DNA of 64,000 bases, taken from Blepharisma stoltei ATCC 30299. Lineage: Eukaryota; Protista; Ciliophora. Location: contig CBFDEM010000034.1 of the NCBI GenBank assembly GCA_965603825.1, positions 186,001 through 250,000 of the forward strand, read 5' to 3'. Positions within the stretch are counted from its first letter, which is position 1. Every line of letters begins with the position of its first letter. Below the pieces are notes generated by a model. That model worked only from the letters and a program-made list of their open reading frames with translations. It ran no database searches and was not told the DNA's origin. Of the stretch, positions 38,758 through 51,245 are shown in pieces. The position numbers and the translations under genes are program-made.

Positions 38758-39923
38758 TTTCTTTTTCAGTTTGCCAGCAAGCAATTTTGTCCTGAAATAT
38801 GGATACATTATAAAGGAATTGGCGTCTGATTTAATATTTTAATAATGGAAGAATCTGATCTTAAGATAGTTTTTGAAAATGAATTATAAGTAAAAATGAT
38901 ACAAAATGCATTTGCCTATGAAGAAAGCATATATTTTAGTGATGGGTAAATTTTATATAAGAGAACAATGGTTAATTGAACAATGTAAGAAATGATTTAA
39001 AATATTTTTGTGCTGATTTTGAGTCGCTGTTTTATTATACAAAAATGGATATAAATTATAAAATGATATAGAGATGAAGGTAGTTATATTATAGTTATTA
39101 TGGGGCTATTTATCGCATAAAATTTTATTGTTATGGCCCAAAACCAGGAGAATAAATTTCTTTTCTTATTTGATAAATTTATCTTTTTTTATTTGGTAGC
39201 TGGAGCTGCAGGTGAGAAAATATAGGCTGAGCGCTTATTTGGAGGTAGACCTTCCAAATAAATAAGCTTTTAATATTTTTTAAAACTCATAATGATATAA
39301 ATCCTGATTGAAAAATCTGAAATGTAGTTTAGATATTACTTCTAAAATTTTGATTATTTGAAATACTAGATATACTTGCTTAAGAAATTAAATGAGAGCT
39401 CAAATTATAGTTCATTTTTTACTCTCAAAACGGAATTGAGTAGAGTACATAAATAATAAAATTTATATCAAAGAATTGATTAATTATTTAAACATTAAAA
39501 ATCTGCAAATAAGCTCCCTTTGCAATGCATATTAATTTTACTTCTCTTTATTAATTATTCTTTTGCATAAAGTAAATTTTAGACGGTTTTCTTATATTCA
39601 AATTAGATAAAATCCATGATTTAATTACAAAATATTTAAAATTTGTCTTATTGAGTTATTATGCAATGAATTGTGCCAAGTTAATTATTTTAATATAAAT
39701 GGAGTAAAAGAATAATTTTGGTTCATAATTAAATTCCAAGTTTTTAAAAACAATAAAATATTAAATATACCAATCATTAGATAGCTTTCAATCCACAAAA
39801 ATAAATACTATTATGCTTGTTGAAATAATTAAGTTTATTAATTTAATAGCTTCGCATTGATTAAAAGTACAAAAATGATGTCTTATTGGAAAGATTTTTA
39901 ATATTTTAATATAAACTAAAGAT

Positions 39924-42080
39924 ATGGAAAAGCTTTACTATCAGTGATGGGACGAAGAAGTCAGCGAAAAATATCAGGTTCTCAAGAAATATTCATATTC
40001 CTTATGATATGCAGCAGTTGCCTTAATTATTACTTGTCTTACAATAATCCCTAATGGACTTCATATAGCCATTATGAATACACCTTACTTAATAATACAT
40101 TCAGTGAATTGTAGTTTGGTCTGATTATTTGGGAAAAAAGGCCATTTAGCTAAATCTCTTTTTTCAATTGGGTTTTCAGAGTTTAATTGCTGCATTTTAT
40201 GACTTCAAGGAAATAATGAATGGAAATCAACCGGAATATTATTTGAGATGCTATCCTTAGTATTTATTAACAGTTTTGAACTCCCATTTATTCAAAGAAG
40301 CTGAATAAAAAGCCTTGTCATCATGAAGCACTTGCTTTTATGGAATTATAACAAATATTTTTTGGGAGAGCTTATCCTAAGTGCAGATTATATGCCACAC
40401 ATTGTAGCATTTTTGATTATTTTTCTATATAACCTGAATTCATACTTCTTGAAATCAAAATCTTACGAAAGGTTTATCTCAAGAAAAAACCTTGAAGATA
40501 CAAAAAGCAGATTAAGTGTGATTCTCAGCTTAATTACTGATGGAATTATTGTATTAGGCGAAAATAGCGAAATTTTATACTCAAATCACAATTTAACCAG
40601 GTTGTTAAATTGCCAACCAAATGAAGTGATAGAAATAATATCAAGCTTAGAGTATGTTGAAGGTAAAAAATATTGCAATTTGTCAAATTCTAAGAAATTA
40701 ATTGATGACCTGAACATAATCAAACATTTAGAGTTAAACGAAGAAGTTATATTAGGCTTATGCAAGGCTGAAAATTTCATATTGGAAATAAAAGGGCAAA
40801 AAGTTATATGAGAGCGTCAAGAAAGTATTTTGTTGAATGCCAGAGATGCAAATATTATCGTCCAATTTGAGCAGACTGCGTCAGATAATAAATTAAAGAA
40901 TGTACTTTTGAGATCTGTTTCACATGAGCTGAGAACTCCTATTAATGCAATAACTTTTTTAACTGAAGAGCTAATGAATGATCATGCAGTAGTTTCAAAA
41001 AAATCGAACCAAGACAAGCTTAACATGATTTTGGTCTCTTCAAGGCTCCTGATTTCGCTTGTAAATGATCTGCTTGACTATTCAAAAATGCTTGCAGGAG
41101 CATTTACAGTGCAAAAATCAAAATTTATGTTAAATGAAGTTATTAATAACACAATTCAGCTAATTCAAATTCAAGCAGAGAAGAAAGGCATTCAAATCAT
41201 TAAAAGAATTGACCCAAACTTACCAAACTATATTTATACTGATCCACTTAGATTCAGTCAAATTATTCTGAATTTATTGAGCAACGCACTAAAGTTTACC
41301 CTTAAGGGGCAAATCGAGATTATTTGCTCTTTAGATCTGCATTCAAGGCTAAAAGTGATGGTAAAAGACACAGGCATCGGCATTTCTGAGGAAAACCTTT
41401 ACAATTTGTTCAGAGAATTCAAATCAGGCATGACACAGTCTATTAATCCTCACGGATGTGGACTTGGACTTGTAATATCAAATCGAATCGCAAAAGAGCT
41501 CGGCAACGACGCAATCGATGTTTATTCAGAATTTGGTAAAGGCTCAATTTTTAGCTTTTCAATAAATATCCATGAAAGAATCCAGCAAGCCTTATTAAGC
41601 TATGATGAATCATGCCTAGACGATTCATTCAGTGAATTTTCTACTTTATCTGTCAGGGATTTTAACACCATTAAACACTCAAAAGAGACTGTACAAGTCT
41701 TGATAGCAGATGATAATGATTTCAATAGGATCATTTTAGGCACACTTTTAAGACAGCATAATATACCTTACCATGAAGCTTGCACAGGAGCTGAAGTAAT
41801 AGACAAAGTTATAAAAGCAAACGAGCTAGGAAAACCATACAAATTGATTATTATTGATGGGAGCATGCCAGAACTCAATGGCTGAGAAGCCACAAAAATA
41901 ATAGTTGAAATGCACTTTGAAGGAAAACTTTGAAGCTTGCCAACAATCATTGGATATACAGCATTTACCTCAGAGTCTGATGTATCCTTATGTTTAAGTT
42001 CAGGAATGAAAGAGTGCCTTTTGAAGCCTTGTAGTTCTGAATTACTGATAAAAACCATCATGAAATATTTGCCATCATAA
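39924..42080 (+). CDS. Hybrid histidine kinase HK-G (718 aa), closest to HK-E
   Basis: MEKLYYQWWDEE…, SHELRTP, NALKFT, DTGIG, GCGLGL; receiver IADD…IIDGSMP…KP; TAA 42078. Confidence 0.92.
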
Positions 42081-42164
42081 TTGTAAAGAAAAATTTTGTT
42101 GACCACAAAACCCTATGCATTTTATGATTTTATTATAAGACTAATACCTATTAATAAAATAATA

Positions 42165-45100
42165 CTACTTTATTATTTTATTTCTTTTCTTAATATCTGA
42201 ATCGTCAAACGTATAAGCCTCAGTCATCTGATCTGAAATAATAATCTCCTCTGGACTTTGTACATCAAAATTCCTTTTAAACTTATCTACGGTTCCTATA
42301 ATTCTATGAATATACATATATTCGTTCCACTTTTTTATTATTTTGTCTTGGACACCTTCAGCCTTCCCCATTAGATGTCCACCTATTTCAATAATTCCAA
42401 ACACTGAGCCAAGCAGTGTCCCAAACAATAAAAATAGTGTTTGTGAGTATAGTCTTTTTGTTACCAAAACTACATCCCCTACATCAAGAGTAATAGAAAC
42501 TCTTATAGATTCTTCAAAGTTTATTCTAAATAGGTCTTACTCTTCTGTAGGTATTGTAGATCCTACACTTGGCGAATGAGGCAGCGAGACGTGGTAGCCA
42601 GTTTGATCATTTTTTCAGGTAGAAATTTCTGAGAAAAAGATAGACGGAGTCATTGAAAAGGTGAATTTTGAAGCTTCTGGTCCTCTGAATATCAAAGAAG
42701 TAGAGGAAGTAACAAGATCAATTTCAATTATGCTTAATTCATTTGGGATTGATGAGGTTGACGAAATGTTTACAGAAATGTAGCTTGCATAGCTTCTAGG
42801 CTCATATATAGAGAGATTTATTGAAGCTCCAACTCCAAGATTACATGAATGGCAAGTAAATGAGACGACACAGTCTGTTTCTTCAAATTTGCACACAGGA
42901 TGGCTCATATCTCCTTCAATATCAATATAGCTATAAAAAAGATCGCTTACACAAGAATCGCCATTAACACAACTTCCTCCGTAATAATAAAAAGTGACAA
43001 TTATATAAATTTCCCCGGGAAAAGAGTCATAGTCATTTTCTAATGAAACTAAGGGTTCAAGGTTTTTTTCCTCAATAATATTGTCAGTAAAATATATAAC
43101 AGCTCCTTGCAGTATAAATAAGCATGCAAGCATTAGAAAAATCAAGCTAAAAAGACCACCAAGGGCTGTTCTCCTTTTTATTATGGGGTGATTCTCTTTG
43201 GTTTCATGGTTGGTTGAATATGAGTCAAATCTAGGCAATGAACTTCGTATGGGCTTATGGACAATTAGTAGGATTGTGATGAAAATAGAGACTGCTATAA
43301 TAAAATACATAGCAGAGCTAAATGTTAAATCAACTATCGTTGAGTCTTGCTTATAGAGCTTAGGCTGCACACTCACAAAATCAACCCTGTCTTTAATTAG
43401 CAAAGGCTCAGCTGTCCCAGCGGGACAAAATGTCCCTGCTGGACAATTATCACAATATTTTGACCCTTCTACAGAAGCATAGGAGCCATATGCACAAGGA
43501 TAGCACTCATTCAAAGTGCGAGCCCCTTTAAAAGTATTATAAGTTCCTTTTGGACACTTTTTGCATTCTTCAATTCCAAACGTATCTGAATAATGCCCTT
43601 CTGGGCATGGATCACAATCTTTTCCATATGTTCCATTACTGCAAGGCCATGTAAATCCATCACTAGAGTTCGGAGTAATTTTAAACAAAAATTGTTTTGG
43701 TATAAAATTTTGGACTAATCTTGAAAGGGTATCTCCTCCTCCAAATAAATATAAGGAATTTCCAAAATAAACGACTTCAGTTGAATAGATAGGCTCTTCA
43801 ACATTGCCGATTTCATTAGGTGTAGGGTTATCGTCAAGATCAATCATAAAAATTGAATCAAATGCTTCAAAATTCCATTGTTCTCCTCCCACAATAAGCA
43901 GATAGTTATCTATGTTTGTCCCAGCTGCTCCTGAAAGAGAAAATAGCCCATATCCTTTGTCCATTACTGATTGTCATTCTTCATTGTTTATATCATATCT
44001 GTGAATCTGAGAGCTAGGCACTCCATCTTCCCCTTCTCCAGTTGCTATGTAGAAGTAGTAATTTGATTTAATATTTCTTATGAAGCATTTAGTGTTGGCT
44101 AGCTTTGGGACTTGCTCTGAAAGCCCGTCATCAAGAAGGACAAATGCATTATCAAGAACATCGAGTCTTCAAAGCTCATTTGAATATCCAGCCATTGTAT
44201 GGCCTCCAAATAAATAAATATAAGTATCAGCTTGAGCCATGCAAGCACCATACCTCCCAACTGGATTTTTGCTTGAGCTAAAATCAACTACCTTCCAAAT
44301 ATTAGCCAAAATTGTATATTCATACATATCACTTAAATAGCCATCATTATTTTCACCTCCGAAAATGACATAAGTGTCAGCAGAAGAGCAGCTACTATGT
44401 CTTGCTCTTGCAGGTGGCTTATCTCCAGATGGGTTTAGTAAAGTCCAAGTATTTGTTGTAAGCTCAAACTTCCACATATCGCTTAAGCTAAATATAGTTT
44501 ACAATTCTTTATCGCTATCTATACCTCCAAAAACTCATAAGCTTGTATGGATTGCCTGCATTGAATGCATCATTCGGGCCTCTGGGCCTGATAGCTCTGC
44601 TGAAATCAGCTTGTAGGCTATTGAGGATGCAGAAAGGTTAATAGAAGTCAGAGAATTATTGATACCTGTCATAGAAGTTCCTCCAAATGAATATACAACA
44701 GATCCAACTATTGTAACTGAGCCACTATCAGTGGCTATATTATCTGTGTCTTTAAAATTTACTTTTTCTCACGAGCTCAGCGTCGCTAAATTTAATTTTC
44801 AGATATCAAAAACGGAGCTTCCAGTAGTAAAGTCCTCCCCATTATTTATATATAAATACCCATCAACTATACACAAAAAATGCTGAAACCTGCCATGAGG
44901 GTCATCACCTGGGACATCTAATGAAGTCCAACTAAGTAAATTCAAATCATAAATATAAAGCTTTGTGTCTTGCAAATTCTCAGAAAACCTGCTTAATCCT
45001 CCTCAAACATATAGCTTATTATCATAATAAGCTATTCCAGAACTTTCTACTGGCTGTGGCGGGCTCCCTGTAGATGGTTTTTTGTATCATTTGAAATCGC

Positions 45101-45635
45101 TCCCATCTAGTCTGCATAAATCTTACATATATAAGCTGTTATCTACAGCTGTAGGTGTTAAACCTCCGAAAACGGCATAATAGTGCACTCCATTTCTTGT
45201 GTATTCGACATGTGCGAGATATGCTCTTGGCCCAGGATCATCTCCCTTTTTTGATAATTGTTGCCAACTGTTTTCTGTTAAGCTATAACTTCAAAAATCT
45301 CCAGCAGGCCCTGCACGTGTTCTCCCTCCGTATAAGAGAACTTGATGGTTGTCTTCATCATAAAACATTGCAGATGTGGCACGCTCGTCTGGGACTGTAG
45401 ATAAATAAGGCAAAATGATACTTCATCTCATAAGTTTAAGTGAAAAAGAAGCAAGGTCGTTGGAGTAAGAGCCACCTGTTGAGAGGCCTCCAAAGTTAAT
45501 TAGTTGGTCGTTCTTTGAATCGTAAACCATAGTGCCTAGGGTTGTACTTGGAGGTGGAACACCAGTAGAAGGAAGTAAAGAAATATCTAGAGAAAGGGTT
45601 GGGATAAACAAAACCATAAGTAAAATCCATTCCAT
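42165..45635 (-). CDS. Cell-surface Kelch-repeat + GCC2/GCC3 (ephrin-receptor-like Cys-rich) multi-TM protein, three 15-nt introns
   Basis: Signal peptide; repeated (L/V)FGG…D.W.F…W Kelch motifs; CPEGHYS…CPKGTYN…CAYGSYA…CPAGTFCPAG; TM segments. Introns 45112-45126, 44488-44502, 42526-42540. Confidence 0.85.
42526..42540 (-). other. 15-nt intron GTAAGACCTATTTAG
   Basis: In-frame TAA if retained. Confidence 0.85.
44488..44502 (-). other. 15-nt intron GTAAACTATATTTAG
   Basis: In-frame TAA if retained; removal gives Kelch FLSDMWKF. Confidence 0.88.
45112..45126 (-). other. 15-nt intron GTAAGATTTATGCAG
   Basis: In-frame TAA if retained; removal gives NSLYILD. Confidence 0.88.
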
Positions 45636-46037
45636 AGCTTTAAGTTGGTACATTATTAAGGTTTATAAATCAGAAGAGAGTAAAAACTAGAAGCAATGAG
45701 AAATTATTAGATAGGGAAAAACTGCTGTAATTGAATAAAGTTGAAAATAATTAAATAATAGACTAATTTTACATTATTTGCAAGAAGCTATTATTCTATA
45801 ATAGAAATCAAACCATTATTTTTATATTTAAAACTGTTTTATGCAAAAATTTACTGTTTCTAGATTTGTGCTATCAGACTAATAAGGCAATAATAGCTTC
45901 GAAAGGAGTTTATTTCAAAAAAGATATTAATATAAAAATAAGCTGCATTTATAATGGCATGCATTTTGTTAGAGTGTATTTTTTATCCAAATTGAAATAA
46001 AATATTTCACGTTTCTTCATTGTACAAATTTCAATAA

Positions 46038-46535
46038 ATGGCAGAAAGCCCAGATAAAGCACTCGAACCAAGCTCTAAAGAAACTGAAGAGCATAAAAAC
46101 GAAGAAAAAAAGACAGAAAATGCTCCTCAGGCACAAGAAAAAGACCTTGAAAGTGTTGGAGAGCTTGTCTGGGGTGATATTCCAGATATGCCAGGAATTG
46201 AAAATGCATTCGACTCACTTGTACTGGAGCTTAGAGAGGAAATTGAAAAATTGAATGAGAATTTATTTGGAGATGAAGGAAGTGAGGAAGCTATAGGCGA
46301 GTATATGGTTGAAACAAGAGATAAGCTGAGAGAATACATTGATCAGAAAAGAAATGAACTTTCCAGTGAAGATTTAGAGTCTTATTCTAGCCAGCTAGAC
46401 TTGTATTCACGCATATGCGAGGATATAGATAATAGAAGACATAAAGAAGCTATGAAATTGATTGACAAACTGTCTGAATATGGAGAGCTGCCAGATGAGC
46501 TGAAATCGACTAAAGAAGAATGCGTGATTATGTAA
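46038..46535 (+). CDS. PEX19: Peroxin 19-like PMP chaperone/receptor, farnesylated
   Basis: C-terminal helical pattern YMVETRDKLREYIDQKRNELSSEDLESYSSQ…RIC…LSEYGELPDEL and CaaX box CVIM, matching the Pex19 C-domain layout. Confidence 0.75.
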   Translation: MAESPDKALEPSSKETEEHKNEEKKTENAPQAQEKDLESVGELVWGDIPDMPGIENAFDSLVLELREEIEKLNENLFGDEGSEEAIGEYMVETRDKLREYIDQKRNELSSEDLESYSSQLDLYSRICEDIDNRRHKEAMKLIDKLSEYGELPDELKSTKEECVIM

Positions 46536-46791
46536 AAAGTAACGATTTCACAACTAAAAAATTGCCTCGTTAAATTATAAATGTGTGAAATAAGAGTAAT
46601 TGCTAGTTTTTCATTTTTTTATTGTTTTCTCCAATTTTTAACTGAAGGCAATTGCTTCATCTTATACCTTCAAAACACCTCTATAGCAATAAATTAAAAT
46701 TTGATTCTCTAATGGCTTAAATATCTTCAACTAAAAATGGTCTAATTAAACAAAGACTAACAATTTTCTTAATATTTTATTCCACGTTAAT

Positions 46792-47304
46792 TTAAAATTT
46801 TTTCAGTAAAGATTGACTCAAAACCTTTAACAGTTGATCCAAGTTTTTCTTGGATTTTGCGCTAATCTCGAAATAGATTGCGTTAAGCTCATTGGCTTTA
46901 TTGGCAGCTTGTTCATACGAAACTTCTCGCTGATAAATTGTATCAGTTTTGGTTCCAACAAGGAAGACCATCACGTTTTCCAAAGAACACAAAGACGCGC
47001 ACCCTTGGATTTGGTTAAAAGACTGCATAGAATTTGTATCAAAAAGTATCAACACGGCTTGAGAAACTCCAATCCATGGAGTCGCAAAAGACTGGAAATA
47101 ATTATTTCCTGTGAGATCTAAAAAGAAGAGTCTTATTTGTTTTCGCTTAGTCGCAGAACACAGTGTAGTTTGAATTTCCTGTGTCATTGTGGGCTGGTGC
47201 TTTTCTATGAATACGTCTTTTGTGAGTCTTGATACTAGAGATGTTTTTCCTACTTGTGTGCAGCCGATTACGGCGATAAAGAAACCTGATTTTGATTTGT
47301 CCAT
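46792..47304 (-). CDS. Divergent Rab-like small GTPase
   Basis: G1 GCTQVGKT, G2 PT, G3 DLTG, G4 TKTD, G5 EISAK. Start taken at 47304; upstream in-frame ATGs extend to 47418. Confidence 0.85.
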   Translation of the reverse strand: MDKSKSGFFIAVIGCTQVGKTSLVSRLTKDVFIEKHQPTMTQEIQTTLCSATKRKQIRLFFLDLTGNNYFQSFATPWIGVSQAVLILFDTNSMQSFNQIQGCASLCSLENVMVFLVGTKTDTIYQREVSYEQAANKANELNAIYFEISAKSKKNLDQLLKVLSQSLLKKF

Positions 47305-47594
47305 GCGATTGGAATTTTGGGACACTTCCTTTAAAATTATCATTTTCCATTTTTCTGAGAGAGCCTTAAACTTAACGTTTAAAATCTTATGAGGTATCAT
47401 GAATGTGTGAGCTTTCATGACCTTTTGGCTGATTATTGAAAAATGATTTAATTGAGTAGGAATAATATTTTATGGTGTATTTCATAATTAGATAGTTTAT
47501 CTCTCAAATAAATTACTAAAAGTATTTTTGAGTAATTTCATAGAGAGCCTCTATATTAAATTTTAAGTTTTATCAAGTTTGTTAATGATGATTT

Positions 47595-48005
47595 TTATCT
47601 AAGGGCTTGCACAATTTCACTTTCTTCAACTTCAGAAACAGAGCAAGCTTGAACTTCTCGATGAATTCCTGAAAATCTCCTCTTCAAATTTTCCTTTGTC
47701 GAAGCATAGATCATTTTGTTCTTGACTATAGAGTTGTCAGGAGACCAGTGGATGAAAACAATTTTGTTTGATGTAATTCCATCATCTTTTCTAAATTCGT
47801 AGTCATAAACTACGAAGCGAGGCTCATTATGTGGAAGACTGCTTACAAAATCTTGATAAGTTGATGCCAAATCTCCAACTCTCTCTACGATAACTTGTGA
47901 CTCTCCTTCGACTTTGAAAATGACGAATCTAATATCTTTAGTCAGCTTTAAGCGATTGAAAGCATTGACACAAGCATCATCAACATTAAGGTTAGCGTCC
48001 ACCAT
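47595..48005 (-). CDS. Actin-depolymerizing factor/cofilin
   Basis: FVIFKV…EPRFVVYDYEF…KIVFIHWSPDNSIVKNKMIYASTK. Confidence 0.93.
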   Translation of the reverse strand: MVDANLNVDDACVNAFNRLKLTKDIRFVIFKVEGESQVIVERVGDLASTYQDFVSSLPHNEPRFVVYDYEFRKDDGITSNKIVFIHWSPDNSIVKNKMIYASTKENLKRRFSGIHREVQACSVSEVEESEIVQALR

Positions 48006-48219
48006 TTTATCGCCAGATATTCTAGTCTAAGAAAAGGAATATAGCTTAACATATTTAAAATAAAATAATAATTAATAGGTATTTTGTCCAAAACTAAGCA
48101 ATATGCTAATCCTTGGATATTTAAAAAAATAGCCTTATCATCGGAAATGAAATAATGAAACTTTATTCTTACTATTGAATGATAAAAATATTAAAAAATT
48201 GAAGTATATATTTTATTAA

Positions 48220-48606
48220 TTAAAAAATCGTCTGAAGTGGGAAAGCTCTAAGGTCAGATACAGTTGTAGCTGTAAAAGCTTTCTCAACTTTAAACCTGTT
48301 CTTAAGTGATGCAAGATTTGACACAACCTTAAGCTTATCTTCAACCGTTCCATAATCAGGCAACCACATAAACAGTACAGTAGAATTGACTGATTCTGTT
48401 TTGTTAAATGCATAAATGCCATAGCATGGCTGAGATGTTCTTAGCTTGCTAATAAATTCCAAATAGTCTGCAGTTTGCCTGTTCCCCGTATCTTTAAGAA
48501 TAACTTCAGACCCAGTTGGATCAATACCCAATAGAATGTATTTCAATCTGCCATTCTTCAAATCATTTATCGCGTTCAAACAATCAACTGATTCCTTGTA
48601 AGCCAT
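48220..48606 (-). CDS. Divergent ADF-H domain protein, tandem with cofilin
   Basis: LKYILLGI…QPCYGIYAF…VLFMWLPDYGTVEDKL. Confidence 0.75.
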   Translation of the reverse strand: MAYKESVDCLNAINDLKNGRLKYILLGIDPTGSEVILKDTGNRQTADYLEFISKLRTSQPCYGIYAFNKTESVNSTVLFMWLPDYGTVEDKLKVVSNLASLKNRFKVEKAFTATTVSDLRAFPLQTIF

Positions 48607-49269
48607 TTTTATATCGAATTTCCAGAATTCAAAATTTCCATTTCATTTTGAGTATCTATGCGAGTTCACGCTTATCCAATGCAAAGAAAACTCAAATTAA
48701 TTAAGTTACTTTGTTTTTTTTGTTGGAATTAATATTTATAACTGTATATGCAATAATAATGTGAGGTAGTGCTATAAATAATTATCTTTTATGTGTTTTA
48801 GTTAATTAATGTATTATATAAATATTAAACAGAGAATGAAACTAAAAGAATTTATTTTCAAAGATTCTTTGATTCATAATTATGGCTAAAAAAGGTATGC
48901 CATTTTGCCCTAAGATTTTTATAGCATAAAACTCTGCCTATAATTATTGTAATTGGCTTGATAGATGTGCCAGAGTACCTTTAATCTATTAAATGTTATA
49001 AACTGTTTTTTATTTCAAGTCTTAAAGAAATTTTATAATCACATATATCTTCAAGCAAAGGCTTTAGATTTTTCGAAGCACATATGCAATATTTAAACAA
49101 GAATTTAAGTATTTAAGCTTAAAAAGTCAAAATCTGCCTAAACTAAACCTATTTTTAATAAATTTTACATAAAAATGCTAAAACAAAATACATCGTTAAT
49201 GCCATATTCTAGAATCTTCTATCGACTTTAAAATAAAATATCCTATAAGCCCCTAATAATTTATAAAGC

Positions 49270-49881
49270 ATGATTTCAGAATACCACATGACTCAATATT
49301 GGTGCCATTCCTGCCGCCGTCCTTATTTACAAAACTCTTCAAGTGATTCTTTTCACTGTGCAAGATGCCATTCAGAATTGGTCGAAGAAATTCAAAATGA
49401 CGACCATCCTAGAAATTTCGTCCCAGAATTTGTAACTCCGAATTCTGAGCCTCAACGACCCCCATTAAATTTCACAACAAATACATTAAGAATTATAAGA
49501 CAAATGCCAGATGGGAACATAATAATTACAGAAAGAGCAATGCCTCAGCCCAACTTCTTTTTTTTCGAAGCTCCAAATCCAGGAATAGAAATAGCTGATT
49601 TCATGAACCTTTTAGGTCAGCTAAATCAAGGGAGACAAGGCCCTCCACCTGCAAGTGAATATATCATAAATTCTCTTCCTATTCTTAAAGGTTCTGAAGT
49701 TTCAGGAGAATGCTCTATTTGCCAAGACTCATTTAAGCCTAACGACCAAATCAGAAGGATGCCTTGTCAGCATAATTTTCACAATGACTGCATTGTGAGG
49801 TGGCTTAGAATTCGAAATAACTGTCCAACTTGTCGAAGTTCAGTAGAAAATCCCCAAAATTCGACATCATCTTGTATTTAA
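49270..49881 (+). CDS. RING-H2 E3 ubiquitin ligase (RNF115/RNF126-like)
   Basis: N-terminal zinc ribbon YWCHSC…CARCHSELVEEI, GPPPAS, RING-H2 CSIC…MPCQHNFHNDCIVRWL…CPTCR. Confidence 0.9.
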   Translation: MISEYHMTQYWCHSCRRPYLQNSSSDSFHCARCHSELVEEIQNDDHPRNFVPEFVTPNSEPQRPPLNFTTNTLRIIRQMPDGNIIITERAMPQPNFFFFEAPNPGIEIADFMNLLGQLNQGRQGPPPASEYIINSLPILKGSEVSGECSICQDSFKPNDQIRRMPCQHNFHNDCIVRWLRIRNNCPTCRSSVENPQNSTSSCI

Positions 49882-49944
49882 TAATTAATTTCAAAAATCA
49901 CGTTAAAATAGTTTACTGAATTTAGTCATATGCATAATAAGGAT

Positions 49945-50811
49945 TTAAGCTTCTATAGTGTGTAATGTATTAGCAAGCTGAAAACCTTTTGTGTTTCCGC
50001 CACAGGAATTTTCGAATGGGCATTCGTTTTGACTGGCTTTTTCAGAAAAATCAAAGTGCCTGGCGCTTGAACAAAGTGCCCTAATAAACATTGTTGGAGT
50101 TACTAAATCTTCAATTTCTTCTAAGTCACTTGATCTGGTTGATGATGGGCATGAAGTCGCAGAATCTTCTCTTGCATCGTATAGAGAGCAAAGAATATTG
50201 GATGCGTCATCAATTTCAGTTTCTATTTTACATACGTTATTGCTGCTATGTTTAGTCTCGTTTGGATCGGATTTTTCTTCGTCTGAACTTCACCTTTCAT
50301 TTGGCGTTTCTGATTTGAGTCTCCACTCAGAGGTGGAATAATTCAACAGCTCACCCATAAGCTCATGGTTCTGTAAAACCTCCTTTATGGACCCATTGAA
50401 CCTTTCATCGTCCATACTGAACCGATTAAAGTTTCTAAGCTTTTTCCGAAGGGTGCTGTAGAAGTGGTTTTTGATGGAGTTATCAGACCTTCCTGGCAAG
50501 TAAGAAGCTATTTCTGACCACTTGTTTCCCAGTATCCTTTGGTACTTGAAAATAATATTTTCTTCTTCTTTGGTCCAGGAGTTCTTATTTATCTCTGGGT
50601 TGAGGTGGTTATGCCATCTTTCTCTGCACTGTTTTCCGGTTCTAGATTTAGAGTGTCTGTCTTTTGAGGGAACCCTTTCAGATAACAGTTGAGCTATGAA
50701 CGACCATCGCTTTGTACCGTATTCAAGTACCAGCTCTCGGATTATGTCATCTTCCTATTTAGTGGTTACATCTTGAGACCATGCTCTTCGTCTACTTGGC
50801 GACATTTTCAT
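49945..50811 (-). CDS. R2R3-type MYB transcription factor, one 15-nt intron
   Basis: RRAWSQD|EDDII…[10 protein letters not shown]…[28 protein letters not shown]…[29 protein letters not shown] 50290 is read through to TAA 49945. Start is 50811 or 50805. Confidence 0.92.
50755..50769 (-). other. 15-nt intron GTAACCACTAAATAG
   Basis: In-frame TAG; removal restores MYB WSQDED. Confidence 0.9.
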
Positions 50812-51245
50812 AATAAGATATGCTAAATTGTGGGAAAATTATTTAGATAATGATAAGGATTAGGAGAAAAAATAAAAAGTAATTAATGTGTATTATAAAA
50901 ATTTTAGATTTAAATAAAGAAAACCTTGAATTTTTAAAATAGGCATAACTTTATTATATTTTTCTTTTTTATTTCTTATTTAAAGAAGAAACTCGTTGGT
51001 ATTCTGCCTTTGCAATGTTTTTTATTGGTTTTGAATAAAGTAAATTTAATAAATAATTCTAATCATTATTAATTCTTTTAAAATTAAAAAAATTATTTAG
51101 GGCATTTGAATTAGAACATTTAAAATAAATCAAGCCAAACGATGCCAAACAATTAATTAATATACATTTACTGTGCGGATAATTCATATAAATATATTTA
51201 TAATTTAAAATTAATGTTTATACAGTTGAACTATTTCCATTTATT

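Noticed and set aside
5962-42080. Histidine kinase and PAS genes as nonsense-riddled pseudogenes or as bacterial contamination
   Set aside because: All internal 'stops' are TGA, mostly at Trp-conserved sites, or lie in tiny introns. Frames stay intact, and neighbouring genes are eukaryotic with spliceosomal introns.
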